Below, one piece after another: positions 46,838-56,957 of a stretch of 64,000 nt of DNA. Under the pieces are notes generated by a model. That model worked only from the letters and a program-made list of their open reading frames with translations. It searched no databases and was not told the origin of the DNA. The position numbers and the translations under genes were made by a program. Within the stretch, counting starts at the first letter, position 1. Every line of letters starts with the position of its first letter. Where the stretch lies: positions 2,464,001 through 2,528,000 of the forward strand of contig OZ242320.1 in assembly GCA_965208125.1 (NCBI GenBank), given 5' to 3'. Source of the DNA: Candidatus Latescibacterota bacterium (GTDB taxonomy: Bacteria > Latescibacterota > UBA2968).

Positions 46838-47380
46838 ACGGCTTTTTCGTATGACTGCCGCAACAAAATCGGTCTTTGCGGCCTGATAGGCTTTTCGGTC
46901 TCCTCGAAGTTTTTCAGATAGATTGCGTTTCAGTTCTTTGTATTCTTCGGCAGTCTTTTGATTCGATCTCAGATAGTCCCGAAATAAGATCAGTTTTTTC
47001 CATTCTTCACTATCTTTTTCGAGCAGGTGGATGTGATGGGTGCATGGCTCGCCTTTTAAAAAATAGTGTCTGCGGGGTATGCCGTTCTCTCCCTTGAAAG
47101 TGTATCCCATTTTACAAAGTGGTTCTATACATATTCTGGCTTCTTCAAAGTCTTTGACAGCGATTGCAATGTCCAGAATTGGCTTGGCAGGCATTCCTAT
47201 AATTGATGTGCTGCCAACATGCTGTATGTCCCCGATATAATCTCCTATTGCTTCTTCAATATCCCTCTTTTCTATCTCGAATAAGAGTTTCCATTCTTTC
47301 CGATAAGGGGAAACGCGCAGCTCCCCACGCTTCAAACCGAGTAAAGGTTGGTTGCTGGGTTCGGATTTCTTACTGCTCAT
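46820..47380 (-). CDS. GrpB/UPF0157 family protein
   Basis: IQHVGSTSI.GMPAKPILDI, HHIH, LFRDYLR, Y..LK, Y..AK. Confidence 0.9.
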   Translation of the reverse strand: MSSKKSEPSNQPLLGLKRGELRVSPYRKEWKLLFEIEKRDIEEAIGDYIGDIQHVGSTSIIGMPAKPILDIAIAVKDFEEARICIEPLCKMGYTFKGENGIPRRHYFLKGEPCTHHIHLLEKDSEEWKKLILFRDYLRSNQKTAEEYKELKRNLSEKLRGDRKAYQAAKTDFVAAVIRKSRLIPRP

Positions 47381-47410
47381 TGGCGTTCATTCCTTTGTTG
47401 TGGGTGGTCG

Positions 47411-49795
47411 TCACTCTTGACGGAGCATTTTAACCGGGTCTTCAGACCAGGCTTTGCCCGCCTGATAGCCCACGATTAATAGGGTGACAATGATGCCTGA
47501 GACTGCTCCGATAATAAAAACGAGGATGCTCTGATTTATTCGGTATGCAAAATTTTGTAGCCATTGCTCCCCGGCATAATAAGCGAGGGGAAGAGCCAAT
47601 ACATAAGCGACTGCGATTAACTTCAGGAACTCTTTTGAAAGCAATGTAAAAATATCTGCGAGATTCGCACCCAGTACTTTGCGGATTCCAATTTCTTTGA
47701 TCCTTTGTTCAACACTGAAATTTGCAAGGCCAAATAGTCCCATACAAGCGACAAAAGAAGCGAGTAGCGTGAAGATTTCAAGGACATTGAATATATTGAT
47801 TTCCTTTAGATAAAATCCTTCGAGACTTTCGCTTAGAAACCAGCTTTCAAAAGGTCGGTTTGGGATGAATTGTTTCCACTTTGACGCCATGAAATCCATC
47901 GTTGATGAGACGTTTTCTCGTCCGATTTTGACTGACAGCCAATTCCATTTTTCCTGCCATTTAAAAATGAAAATTGGTTCTATCTCTTCGTGAAGAGACC
48001 GCAGATGAAAATCGCGTACGACCCCGATTACTGTTCCGCGACGACCAGTAAGAGGCCAGGTAAATTGCTTTCCAACAGGATCTTTCCAGCCCAGTCTTTT
48101 AACAGCCGTCTCGTTGAGAATGAACGCTTCGAAAGAGTCGCTTGCAATATCCTTATTCAGATTTCTTCCGGCTATCACATCGATTTCAAATGTGTCCAAA
48201 AAGTCCTCATCTACCGCCAGATGTCTCATTCTGACCTCTTCGTCATCAAATCCTTCTGGAATGACAAGCTCACGTCCTCCGTCATACCCGAGTGCGATTT
48301 GAGATGCGGCTGCACGGTGAATATTGGGATGTTTGAGAAATTCCTGCTTGATCAATTCATACTTACTTGTGAGGGCGCGGTCTCTTGCAAATAGCGGCGT
48401 CATGACCACCATGTCTTTGTTGAAGCCAAGTTTTTTGTTTTTGATATAATTCAGTTGCTGATAGACACCCCCAGTGCAAATTATGAGGGCGATAGACACA
48501 CAGAATTGAAAGACGATCAGGACTTCTCGCATGCGAACACCTTTTAAGGTGTGTGAGTGCTTGCCACCTAATACCTGTATGGGTTGAAAACTTGACAAAA
48601 AGAAAGCGGGATAGCTTCCAGCGATGAAGCCCATCAGCACGGTAAGGATGATCATTATGAAAAATTCAGAGACGCCAAAACGCAAGTCTATGCCCACAAA
48701 TTGTTCGAATGCTGGCAGGACAAGCTCAATCAGTGAAATTGAAAATAGCAAAGATAGGAGTGATATGAATAGCGATTCACTGAAGAATTGGTTGATTAAT
48801 TGAAGTTTGTGTGCGCCGACGGTTTTGCGAATGCCCACTTCTCTCGCCCTTTTGGCTGAACGCGCGGTTGCCAAATTCATAAAGTTCGCACAAGCGATCA
48901 GAAGAATCAGAGTACCGATTGCAGCAAATAAATAGACATAAGTAATGTCTCCGCCACCTGCTATACCGTAGTCTGAATACGAGTAGAGATAGATCCGGCG
49001 AAAAGGTTGCAGGTGATACGTTGTGTTCGCACGCGTTTCAGGATCAAAATAGCGGGTGGTAAAGTCCGGCAATTTACGCTCTAAATCAGCAGGGGAAGTG
49101 CCTTTGGAAAGCAATACATAAGTTTTGACAGGGCGAAAGGAAGATTTACGCCATATTTCCCAAACCGTTCGCATCATTGGTAAAGAAGGAACTGTAAACG
49201 TCAGAATGTCGAGTTGGAGTGTTGAATGACGAGGCAAATCTTTCAAGATGCCTACTATCTCATAATCTCCCCCTGTGTAGCGACTTTCTACAGTAATTAC
49301 CTTGCCGATAGGATTTTCATTACCAAAATATTTTTGTGCAGTGGATTCTGTAACAACTACAGAAGAAGGATGTTTCAGTGCCTGGTGATCGCCCTTTAGT
49401 AAAGGAAATGTGAATACATTGAAAAAACTATCATCGGCAACACAGAAGTTCTCTTGGAATCCCTTATCTTTGTACCGAACCCACGCATTACGGGTAAAGA
49501 TTCGGGTCATCGCCTCAATTTCGGGGAAGTCGGCTTTGAGAGCAGGGCCTAAAGGTCCCAGCGTGCCATTGCTGAAGTAGGAATCCCCGGTTGTTTTATT
49601 TTTTACCTGTCTCAATACTCTGTAAATGCGGTCTCCGTTGAGATGATGTTGATCAAATCTTATCTCATGTTGTATCCACAGGAGGATCAGGCCACAGCTC
49701 GTCAGGCCGACCGATAGTCCGACTATGTTAATCAGTGAATAAAGTTTGTGATTGCGGATGTTTCGTATGATTATGGTGAGATAATTTTTCCACAT
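47411..49795 (-). CDS. MacB/FtsX-type duplicated ABC permease (orphan)
   Basis: MWKNYL, IACANFMNLATARSAKRAREVGIRK, KEIGIRKVLGA, DPVKMLRQE; GGAGG RBS. Confidence 0.93.
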   Translation of the reverse strand: MWKNYLTIIIRNIRNHKLYSLINIVGLSVGLTSCGLILLWIQHEIRFDQHHLNGDRIYRVLRQVKNKTTGDSYFSNGTLGPLGPALKADFPEIEAMTRIFTRNAWVRYKDKGFQENFCVADDSFFNVFTFPLLKGDHQALKHPSSVVVTESTAQKYFGNENPIGKVITVESRYTGGDYEIVGILKDLPRHSTLQLDILTFTVPSLPMMRTVWEIWRKSSFRPVKTYVLLSKGTSPADLERKLPDFTTRYFDPETRANTTYHLQPFRRIYLYSYSDYGIAGGGDITYVYLFAAIGTLILLIACANFMNLATARSAKRAREVGIRKTVGAHKLQLINQFFSESLFISLLSLLFSISLIELVLPAFEQFVGIDLRFGVSEFFIMIILTVLMGFIAGSYPAFFLSSFQPIQVLGGKHSHTLKGVRMREVLIVFQFCVSIALIICTGGVYQQLNYIKNKKLGFNKDMVVMTPLFARDRALTSKYELIKQEFLKHPNIHRAAASQIALGYDGGRELVIPEGFDDEEVRMRHLAVDEDFLDTFEIDVIAGRNLNKDIASDSFEAFILNETAVKRLGWKDPVGKQFTWPLTGRRGTVIGVVRDFHLRSLHEEIEPIFIFKWQEKWNWLSVKIGRENVSSTMDFMASKWKQFIPNRPFESWFLSESLEGFYLKEINIFNVLEIFTLLASFVACMGLFGLANFSVEQRIKEIGIRKVLGANLADIFTLLSKEFLKLIAVAYVLALPLAYYAGEQWLQNFAYRINQSILVFIIGAVSGIIVTLLIVGYQAGKAWSEDPVKMLRQE

Positions 49796-49870
49796 GGTGA
49801 GACCTCCGTTGACAAATCATTGGAAAGCCCTTAGTGCCACGCAATATGAGATCTGCTTAAATAAATATTA

Positions 49871-49886
49871 AGCAAAAACTATGCCA
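49871..49886 (-). promoter_or_regulatory. Sigma54 -24/-12 promoter for permease 47411..49795
   Basis: Minus strand TGGCAT-AGTTT-TTGCT; tandem TGT-N10/11-ACA sites at 49951-49987. Confidence 0.75.
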
Positions 49887-50003
49887 AAAAAGTCAAATAT
49901 TGATATAACAACAGGTTACGAAAATTATCTGAAATTGGCGTCTTATAAAGTGTCCGATTTTGATACAGTGGTGTCCGAAAATGAACACTGAGAGGAGGGG
50001 ATC

Positions 50004-50234
50004 TTGCGAATTTCAGCGATTTCTTTTTTCGTGCAGAGGGCGTGCTGCCCGCTGGAGCAGCTATTACACGTCGGAGATTCTCTGGAACAGGATGTTGCAG
50101 GTGGGGGTGCAGCCGGAGCGCGTACGGTCTGGCTAAATCGCGAAGGTCTGATAAATGACACCGGGATCAAGGCCGATTACGAGATCAGTTCATTGACTGA
50201 CCTGCCCGCAATATTAGGGGTAGGTGGAAGTTGA
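50004..50234 (+). pseudogene. HAD hydrolase copy with a 468-bp in-frame internal deletion
   Basis: First ~8 codons and last ~66 codons match 56241..56939 (76 vs 232 aa); the DxD motif is lost. Confidence 0.88.
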
Positions 50235-50332
50235 CAAATTATTGGTAAGTTCTTAGTGCCAGGGCCATGCAATATGAGACCAGTTCCCACAATTGGTCGC
50301 ATCAGTGTTTGGTTTTCGGTTTGCAATGAAAC

Positions 50333-50920
50333 TTATTCGATTTTTTGACGTCCATTGGAATCATAAAAAGCAAGATGACGTGTCTCATCGTCATAAGAGG
50401 CTGCCCGATTCCACGCTTCCAGAGCTGGCTTCTTTTTTTTCAATAACTGATCCAGAAATAATGTCAAGAAGATGGTCGTTGACGCGGCATTTTGATAATC
50501 CAGAGAGCCTATATAGCATCTCGGATTACTCTTCAAGAATGCGCTTGCCATTGCGTCTGTCCCGCCTACACAACACGTATTCACAACAATTCGATCAGTC
50601 AGATTCGCATGTTTTGCAATACATTCTGGCGGCATGCTCTCGTCCTTTAGCATTGATGTATCAATGCCCTCCATATAATCGCCGAAGACAATCCCATTCT
50701 CATCCCCATGACCGCAGATAATGATGCAGGGAGGCAATTCAGGTTCACGGCTGATGACCTTTAGAAAATCACCCGGTGTTCCGATTCTATAGAATCTGAC
50801 TGTCAGGTTTAGATCTTCGGCAAACATTCGGATTGTATGCGCTTGTTGAAAGTCTGCGATGTTTATTATGCCAATGGGGTTCTGTTTGGCGTAAAATTGA
50901 GTCTCAACCGGATTCCACAT
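50333..50920 (-). CDS. Stand-alone CHAT/caspase-like protein, paralog 1
   Basis: IIICGHG, VVNTCCVGG, MASAFL..YIGS; closely similar to 58037..58624. Confidence 0.6.
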   Translation of the reverse strand: MWNPVETQFYAKQNPIGIINIADFQQAHTIRMFAEDLNLTVRFYRIGTPGDFLKVISREPELPPCIIICGHGDENGIVFGDYMEGIDTSMLKDESMPPECIAKHANLTDRIVVNTCCVGGTDAMASAFLKSNPRCYIGSLDYQNAASTTIFLTLFLDQLLKKKKPALEAWNRAASYDDETRHLAFYDSNGRQKIE

Positions 50921-50992
50921 ATTTGTTTTCCTCTCATCAGTAAAAAGTGCGGTCAAACCAGCACTATTATGCCGTTTTCCCCGATTCCCTGT

Positions 50993-53392
50993 CTATTCAT
51001 ATCTTATTTCGTCAATGGGATTTTTTGAGGCGGCCTGTATCAAATGCCAGGCTACCGTTGCAAAAGTAATTGCAATTGCAAATAGCGTTCCCAGGGCAAA
51101 AGCATGAGGTGATAGTTCGATCCTGTAAGCAAATGAAAGCAACCAATTGTCCATTAAAAGAAATGCAATTAACCACGCAAATAAATTAGCAACAACAAGG
51201 ATTCCGAAAAACTCGGAGAAAATCAGGACAATAATATTCCAGGCCGAAGCCCCTAAAATTTTCCGGATTCCAAGCTCTTTTGTTCTTCTTTCTAAAGCAT
51301 AAGATACCATGCCCAACATGCCCAAACAGGCTATAAAAATGGCGAGCAATGCAAATACACCAAATATACGCCCGAAATTAATGTCATTTTGATATAGCTG
51401 GTTCAGGTGTTCATCTAAAAAGGCGGCTTGGAATGGTTTGTCAGGAATAAATCGGCTCCATTGATCCTCCAAAAAAGCCATTGTATCTTTGATATTTTCA
51501 CCTCTAATTTTTAGAGAGAGAAGATTATACTTGGGTTGCCACATACATAGAGCAATTGGCCTGATGGGTTCTTTGAGAGAGCGGTTATGAAAATCCTCAA
51601 CAATACCAACCACAATGCCCTTGCGCTTCCAATATGCCCATTCGAACTGTTTTCCTATCGGATTTTGCCACCCCAGTTGCTCAACTGCTGTTTCATTTAA
51701 GATATAAGCATCGGTTGCGTCACCTGGAATCTCCACGGAAAAGTTCCGACCTTTTGACAGTGTTATCCCATACAGGTCTATAAAGTCTTCGTCAACGCCC
51801 AATATCCTCATCTGCCATTCGCTACCCTGAAAACCTTCGGGATAGACTGTATGAAATGCGCCACCAAACCAGGCGATAGTAGAATTGGATGCAGATGCAG
51901 AGATCACATTGGGGTGTTTCAAAAATTCTTGCTTAATAACGCGATATCGCTCATTTAGAGAACGGTCAGTCGTAAAAAGAGGTAATACTACAATATGCTC
52001 TTTATCAAATCCCAACGCCTTGTTTTGAATAAACGCCATTTGTTTATAAACAACAATTGTGCTGATGATAAGCACGACAGAAGCAGCAAATTGAAAAATT
52101 AAAGAGCCATTTCTCAGCCATTTTCCAGAGTTATTAAACTGGAGTTCACGTCTTAATATTTGGACGGGATGAAAAGATGCCAGGAAAAGCGCGGGATAAA
52201 GTCCAGATAGAGTGCCTATAACGAGGGCTGTAAGAAATGTTATAACAAATAACAGATGTCCGCTGAATTCCAATTTGGCTTCTTGATTTATGTAGCTATC
52301 CAGATAGGGAAGAGAGATTTCTACAATACAAAAGGCGAGGAGTGAAGAACAGAATGCCGTAAAAACAGCTTCGGCTATAAACTGAAAGATGAGACTACTC
52401 TTATGGGCACCAACGGTTTTTCTCACGCCTATTTCTTTTAGTCTGGCCGCAGATCGCGCTATAGATAGATTTACAAAGTTAAAGCTGGCAATAAGTACGA
52501 TAAATATTGCGATTGCCGAAAAAATATAGACGTATGTAATGTCCCCCCCGCCTCTAATTCCATATTCAAGGTGAGAGTACAAATACATTCTTTCCAGAGG
52601 CTGGAGAATATATCGATTGCGTTCACTTACATCAGGTCCCATATAACGATTTAAAAGGTCCTGGAGTTTGGTATCTATGTTTTTTGGAGACGCTGCATCG
52701 GACAACAGGACAAATGTCTGGATTGGTCGCCAGGATGTATTTGGTTGCCATCTCTCCCAGGCAGTCAATGGTATTTCATTGTGAACAGTAGATGTCAATA
52801 TGTCAAAATGCAGAGAGGAGTTTCGAGGTATATCTTTGACAACGCCAGAGACAAAATAATCTCCGCCAAAATACCTGCCATCGACAGAGATTGTTTTACC
52901 AATAGGATTTTCATTGGCGAAGAATTTTTGTGCAGTTTCTTCCGTAATAACGACAGAGAATTTGTCTTTCAAAACGGTTTTTGGATCGCCAATTTTGAGA
53001 GGAAAAGAAAATATCTGCAAAAATTCTTGATCAACAGCACAAACTGCTACAAAAAATCCCTTCTCTTCGTTGGTTGCCCAGTTTTGGCTTATGCTAAAAA
53101 AACGAGTCACTTTCTCAATTTCAGGAATGTCTGCCACCAAACTCTGCCCCAACATACCGGAGGTCCCTGGTGAAATCTGGGGTGCTCCTGCTAAAGATTC
53201 AGTTTCTCTCAACACTCTGAATATGCGATCAGAGTTTTTATGAAAGGTATCAAAGGTCAACTCATTAAACATAAATACCATAATGAGTATTACGCTTGCC
53301 ATGCTAATAGAAAGTCCGATTAGATTGATCAAAGAGAAGGTTTTATCTCTGAATGTTCGCCTTAAAGCAATGACAAAATATCTGCCGATCAT
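50993..53392 (-). CDS. MacB/FtsX-type duplicated ABC permease (orphan)
   Basis: Start set at MIGRYFVIALR (AAAGG RBS, aligns with paralog starts); NFVNLSIARS..KEIGVRK, KELGIRKILGAS, NPIDEIRYE. Confidence 0.92.
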   Translation of the reverse strand: MIGRYFVIALRRTFRDKTFSLINLIGLSISMASVILIMVFMFNELTFDTFHKNSDRIFRVLRETESLAGAPQISPGTSGMLGQSLVADIPEIEKVTRFFSISQNWATNEEKGFFVAVCAVDQEFLQIFSFPLKIGDPKTVLKDKFSVVITEETAQKFFANENPIGKTISVDGRYFGGDYFVSGVVKDIPRNSSLHFDILTSTVHNEIPLTAWERWQPNTSWRPIQTFVLLSDAASPKNIDTKLQDLLNRYMGPDVSERNRYILQPLERMYLYSHLEYGIRGGGDITYVYIFSAIAIFIVLIASFNFVNLSIARSAARLKEIGVRKTVGAHKSSLIFQFIAEAVFTAFCSSLLAFCIVEISLPYLDSYINQEAKLEFSGHLLFVITFLTALVIGTLSGLYPALFLASFHPVQILRRELQFNNSGKWLRNGSLIFQFAASVVLIISTIVVYKQMAFIQNKALGFDKEHIVVLPLFTTDRSLNERYRVIKQEFLKHPNVISASASNSTIAWFGGAFHTVYPEGFQGSEWQMRILGVDEDFIDLYGITLSKGRNFSVEIPGDATDAYILNETAVEQLGWQNPIGKQFEWAYWKRKGIVVGIVEDFHNRSLKEPIRPIALCMWQPKYNLLSLKIRGENIKDTMAFLEDQWSRFIPDKPFQAAFLDEHLNQLYQNDINFGRIFGVFALLAIFIACLGMLGMVSYALERRTKELGIRKILGASAWNIIVLIFSEFFGILVVANLFAWLIAFLLMDNWLLSFAYRIELSPHAFALGTLFAIAITFATVAWHLIQAASKNPIDEIRYE

Positions 53393-53505
53393 TGTGTAAC
53401 CTTTCTTTATTATTTTTTTAGTGCCGCGGCCACGCAATATGAGACCAGTTTCCATCATTAAATCGGGAAACTTCTGTTTGAATGACAACAGCAACCCAGG
53501 AGTAA

Positions 53506-55917
53506 TCATTTATAACGCAAATGATGAATGGGATTTAACAGAGCAGTTTTCAGGGTATGATAGACGATGGTAAGCAGGGCAATCATCAGGGATATCCCAC
53601 CACCCAAGATCAGCGTTATAAGATCCACATGAACGCGATAATGAAAATCCTGCAACCAGGCCTCCATGACGAAAAAAGCTATGGGCCATGCAATGATGTT
53701 GGTCAATAAAATAAGTCCTAAAAAATCCCTCACGAGCAACCACCAGATGTTGAACTTAGAGGCGCCCAGTACCTTTCGGATACTCATTTCGTGAGTGCGA
53801 TACTGCACGGTAAAGGCGGTTAGTCCAAATAAGCCCAGACAGGCTACAAAAATTGTAATTAGTGACACTAATCGGAGCATTTTTTCTAATTTTATCTCAG
53901 CCTCATAATTCCATTTATCTATGTTTTCATCCAAAAAATGAAAATTGAAGGGAAAATTTGGGATTAGTCGTTTCCACTGATTTTCCACAAATTGGATCGT
54001 GTTGGCAATATTATCTTTTCGAATTTTGAGGGAGAGATAATTCCATTTGGGAACCCACATGCAGACGAAAACAGGTCCTATTTTTTCGTGCAAAGATAGC
54101 AGATGAAAATCCTCGACAACGCCAATCACTTTTCCGGGCCGATCATTCCACTCAAACTGCTTGCCAATTGGCTTCTCCCAATCCAGTTGTTTGACCGCCG
54201 TTTCATTCAGGATATAGGCACTTGTAGTGTCGCGTGCAATGTCGCTTGAGAAATTTCGGCCTTCTTTAACTTCGATGTCAAAAAAGTTCAGAAAGTCCTC
54301 ATCAGCAGCCAATATATTCATCTCCCAACCATCCGAATTACTTCCTTCTGGATAAACCACCCAGCGCTCTCCCCACCCAATATTGGGCAATGTATGAGAA
54401 GCCGTTGCCGCCAATATATCTGGATGTTTTAGAAATTCCTGGTGTATTGCACGATAATTGCCCGTCAATGACCGATCTGTCATGTATAACTCTAAAATCA
54501 TGACCTGATCTTTATTGAAACCCAGGTCTTTATTTCTCATGTACTTCATTTGATTAAAGATGGTTATCGTGCCGATGATACATATAACAGAAATTGAGGA
54601 TTGAAAAATAACCAATCCCTTTCGGAATTGGGCGTTGTTTTTAGTAGAAACTAACTTACCTCCTTTGAGAATATCCATAGGCTCAAAAGCAGATAAAACA
54701 AAAGCAGGATAAATTCCAGAAAATAGCCCGACCAATACCGTAATGCCGGATAATCCGACCAATAGAGATTCGTTCTGAATATTTAGTGACAATGCCTTAA
54801 GTGTAAAAGCATTAAAGGTAGGCAGGAAAAGCTCGACAAAACTCAATGCCAACAAGAGGGCGAGCAATGACAGCAGAAAGGATTCTCCCAAAAATTGCAC
54901 AATCAATATCCGCCGATTAGCACCTACCACTTTCCGCATACCTACTTCCATTGCCCTGGTGGTGGCGCGTGCTGTAGCGAGATTCACAAAATTGATACCG
55001 GCAATGAGTAAAATAAAAAAGGCAAGTGTAGATAGTAAGTAGATATACGAGATGTCGCTATACATGGTCATACTGTAATCTACGTTAGAATAGAGGTGGA
55101 TGCGGTTGATCGGCTGAAGGTGATAGATATTGTTTGATCGGATTTCCTCCCCCATATAACGAAGTATAAAATCGCTCAATTTTTGTTCCAATTCGGAAGG
55201 TGGATACCCTTCTTGTAGCAAAATAAAAGTTTCTATTGGCAGCCAGCCACTCTCGCGCTGCCATCTTTCCCACACAGTGCCAGCAAACTCTTTTTGTCTC
55301 CATTCCGATGATGCAGACGAAGCGAGAAAATCGAATTGAATTGTCGAATTTATGGGTATATTTTCCAGGACACCTGTGATTTTGTAATCCCCTCTAAAAT
55401 ATCGGTGTTCAACGGTGATTGTTCGGCCTATGGGATCTTCGGCGGGGAAGAATTTATTCGCCATTTCCTGGGTGAGAACAATGGTATAGGGGTCTATCAG
55501 AGCTGTCCTTGGATTGCCTTTTATGAAAGGAAAAGAGAAGATTTCAAAGATTTTAGAATCAGTCATCATAAATTGTTGTTTAAACCATTTATCTTTGTAG
55601 TTTATCCAGGTATCAATGTCCCAGGTACGAACAGCACTTTGTATTTCTGAAAAATCTTTCAGCAGAGACGGTGCAAGCGCACCTGAAGTGCCCGGCTGCG
55701 TGTGGGATTCGCCGCTATTGGCTTCCCTTTCTCTCAGCACCCGGTAAATGCGATTGCTTTTTTCGTGGAACTGGTCGTACCCTATTTCATCCTGTATATA
55801 CAAAAAAACCAAAATACAACAGGCCATCCCAATAGCTAAACCACTGATGTTCAGGAATGAAAACATCTTAAATTTAATCAGGTTTCGAACTGCAACTTTT
55901 AGATAGTTTTCATACAT
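53506..55917 (-). CDS. MacB/FtsX-type duplicated ABC permease (orphan)
   Basis: MYENYLKVAVRNL, INFVNLATAR..EVGMRKVVGA, SIRKVLGAS, NPIHHLRY. Confidence 0.93.
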   Translation of the reverse strand: MYENYLKVAVRNLIKFKMFSFLNISGLAIGMACCILVFLYIQDEIGYDQFHEKSNRIYRVLREREANSGESHTQPGTSGALAPSLLKDFSEIQSAVRTWDIDTWINYKDKWFKQQFMMTDSKIFEIFSFPFIKGNPRTALIDPYTIVLTQEMANKFFPAEDPIGRTITVEHRYFRGDYKITGVLENIPINSTIQFDFLASSASSEWRQKEFAGTVWERWQRESGWLPIETFILLQEGYPPSELEQKLSDFILRYMGEEIRSNNIYHLQPINRIHLYSNVDYSMTMYSDISYIYLLSTLAFFILLIAGINFVNLATARATTRAMEVGMRKVVGANRRILIVQFLGESFLLSLLALLLALSFVELFLPTFNAFTLKALSLNIQNESLLVGLSGITVLVGLFSGIYPAFVLSAFEPMDILKGGKLVSTKNNAQFRKGLVIFQSSISVICIIGTITIFNQMKYMRNKDLGFNKDQVMILELYMTDRSLTGNYRAIHQEFLKHPDILAATASHTLPNIGWGERWVVYPEGSNSDGWEMNILAADEDFLNFFDIEVKEGRNFSSDIARDTTSAYILNETAVKQLDWEKPIGKQFEWNDRPGKVIGVVEDFHLLSLHEKIGPVFVCMWVPKWNYLSLKIRKDNIANTIQFVENQWKRLIPNFPFNFHFLDENIDKWNYEAEIKLEKMLRLVSLITIFVACLGLFGLTAFTVQYRTHEMSIRKVLGASKFNIWWLLVRDFLGLILLTNIIAWPIAFFVMEAWLQDFHYRVHVDLITLILGGGISLMIALLTIVYHTLKTALLNPIHHLRYK

Positions 55918-56106
55918 TGCGAATCCCTTCTTATTCTATCAAATTGATCAGAAACGGTGTGTCACACTATTGAATTTTCACCATTGTTCGATTCTCCCGG
56001 CAAAAAACCTCCAGCTTGCATACGCCACAAATGGAAGAGGATGGCGGTTTTGTATTTCTATTTCCTTATAGACAACCAGAGAAGTCTCAGGATTACCTAT
56101 TTTTAA

Positions 56107-56122
56107 AGCAAAAACTGTGCCG
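56107..56122 (-). promoter_or_regulatory. Sigma54 -24/-12 promoter for permease 53506..55917
   Basis: Minus strand CGGCAC-AGTTT-TTGCT; same tandem UAS-like sites at 56188-56224. Confidence 0.7.
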
Positions 56123-56240
56123 AAAAAGTCAAGTAGTGATATTACAACAGGTTATGAAAAATCACCCGAAATAGACGTCTTAAAAAGTGTCCGATTTTGA
56201 TACAGTGGTGTCCGAAAATGAACACTAAGAGGAGGGGATC

Positions 56241-56939
56241 TTGCAAATTTCAGCGATTTCTTTTGATGGTGATATGACCTTGTGGGACTTTTATAAGGTC
56301 ATGCGACATTCGCTAACGCATACATTGAGGGAATTGCGCAGGCATGTTCCGACCCAGCGCGCTTTAGACCTTACTGTTGAGGATATGATTGCGATTCGCA
56401 ATCGGCTTGCTGAGGAGGTGAAAGGCGAGGTCTGGAATCTCGAGGAGATCAGACGGCTGGCATTTGAGAAGACGCTTGAATATGTTGAATATCCGGACAG
56501 TGATCTGGCTATGCATCTGAATAAAATATATCTGAAGCATCGTTTCGAAGATATTGAATTGTACAAGGATGTTGTACCTGCGCTTGATACTTTAGCACCA
56601 CATTTTACAATCGGACTTTTGTCAAATGGGAATAGTTACCCGGAACGCTGTGGTCTCGCAGGTCGTTTTGACTTTGTTGTCTTTGCCCAGGATGTGCGTG
56701 TTGCGAAGCCTGATCGAAGAATTTTTCAGATTACCGCACAGAGAGCGGGCTGTCCGCTGGCGCAGCTATTACACGTCGGAGATTCTCTGGAACAGGATGT
56801 TGCAGGTGGGGGTGCAGCCGGAGCGCATACGGTCTGGCTAAATCGTGAAGGTCTGTCAAATGATACGGGGATCAAGGCCGATTACGAAATCAGTTCATTG
56901 ACTGACCTGCACGCGATATTGGGGGTAGGTCGAAGTTGA
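56241..56939 (+). CDS. HAD-superfamily hydrolase
   Basis: FDGDMTLWD, LSNGN, KPD..IF, HVGDS..QDV.G; GAGGAGG RBS with TTG start. Confidence 0.9.
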   Translation: MQISAISFDGDMTLWDFYKVMRHSLTHTLRELRRHVPTQRALDLTVEDMIAIRNRLAEEVKGEVWNLEEIRRLAFEKTLEYVEYPDSDLAMHLNKIYLKHRFEDIELYKDVVPALDTLAPHFTIGLLSNGNSYPERCGLAGRFDFVVFAQDVRVAKPDRRIFQITAQRAGCPLAQLLHVGDSLEQDVAGGGAAGAHTVWLNREGLSNDTGIKADYEISSLTDLHAILGVGRS

Positions 56940-56957
56940 CAAATTATTGGTAAGTTC

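Larger units (their letters stand above)
49869..50940. repeat. Deletion-reduced duplicate of block 56105-58644
   Basis: Colinear homology: promoter, HAD start, HAD end, C45 3' stub, CHAT-like gene and its RBS. Confidence 0.9.

Noticed and set aside
53393-53509. N-terminal extension of the 838-aa permease
   Set aside because: It translates the repeated intergenic motif; paralog alignment puts the start at 53392.
55963-56022. 19-codon minus-strand ORF in the permease leader (MQAGGFLPG...)
   Set aside because: No RBS and no counterpart behind the duplicated promoter.
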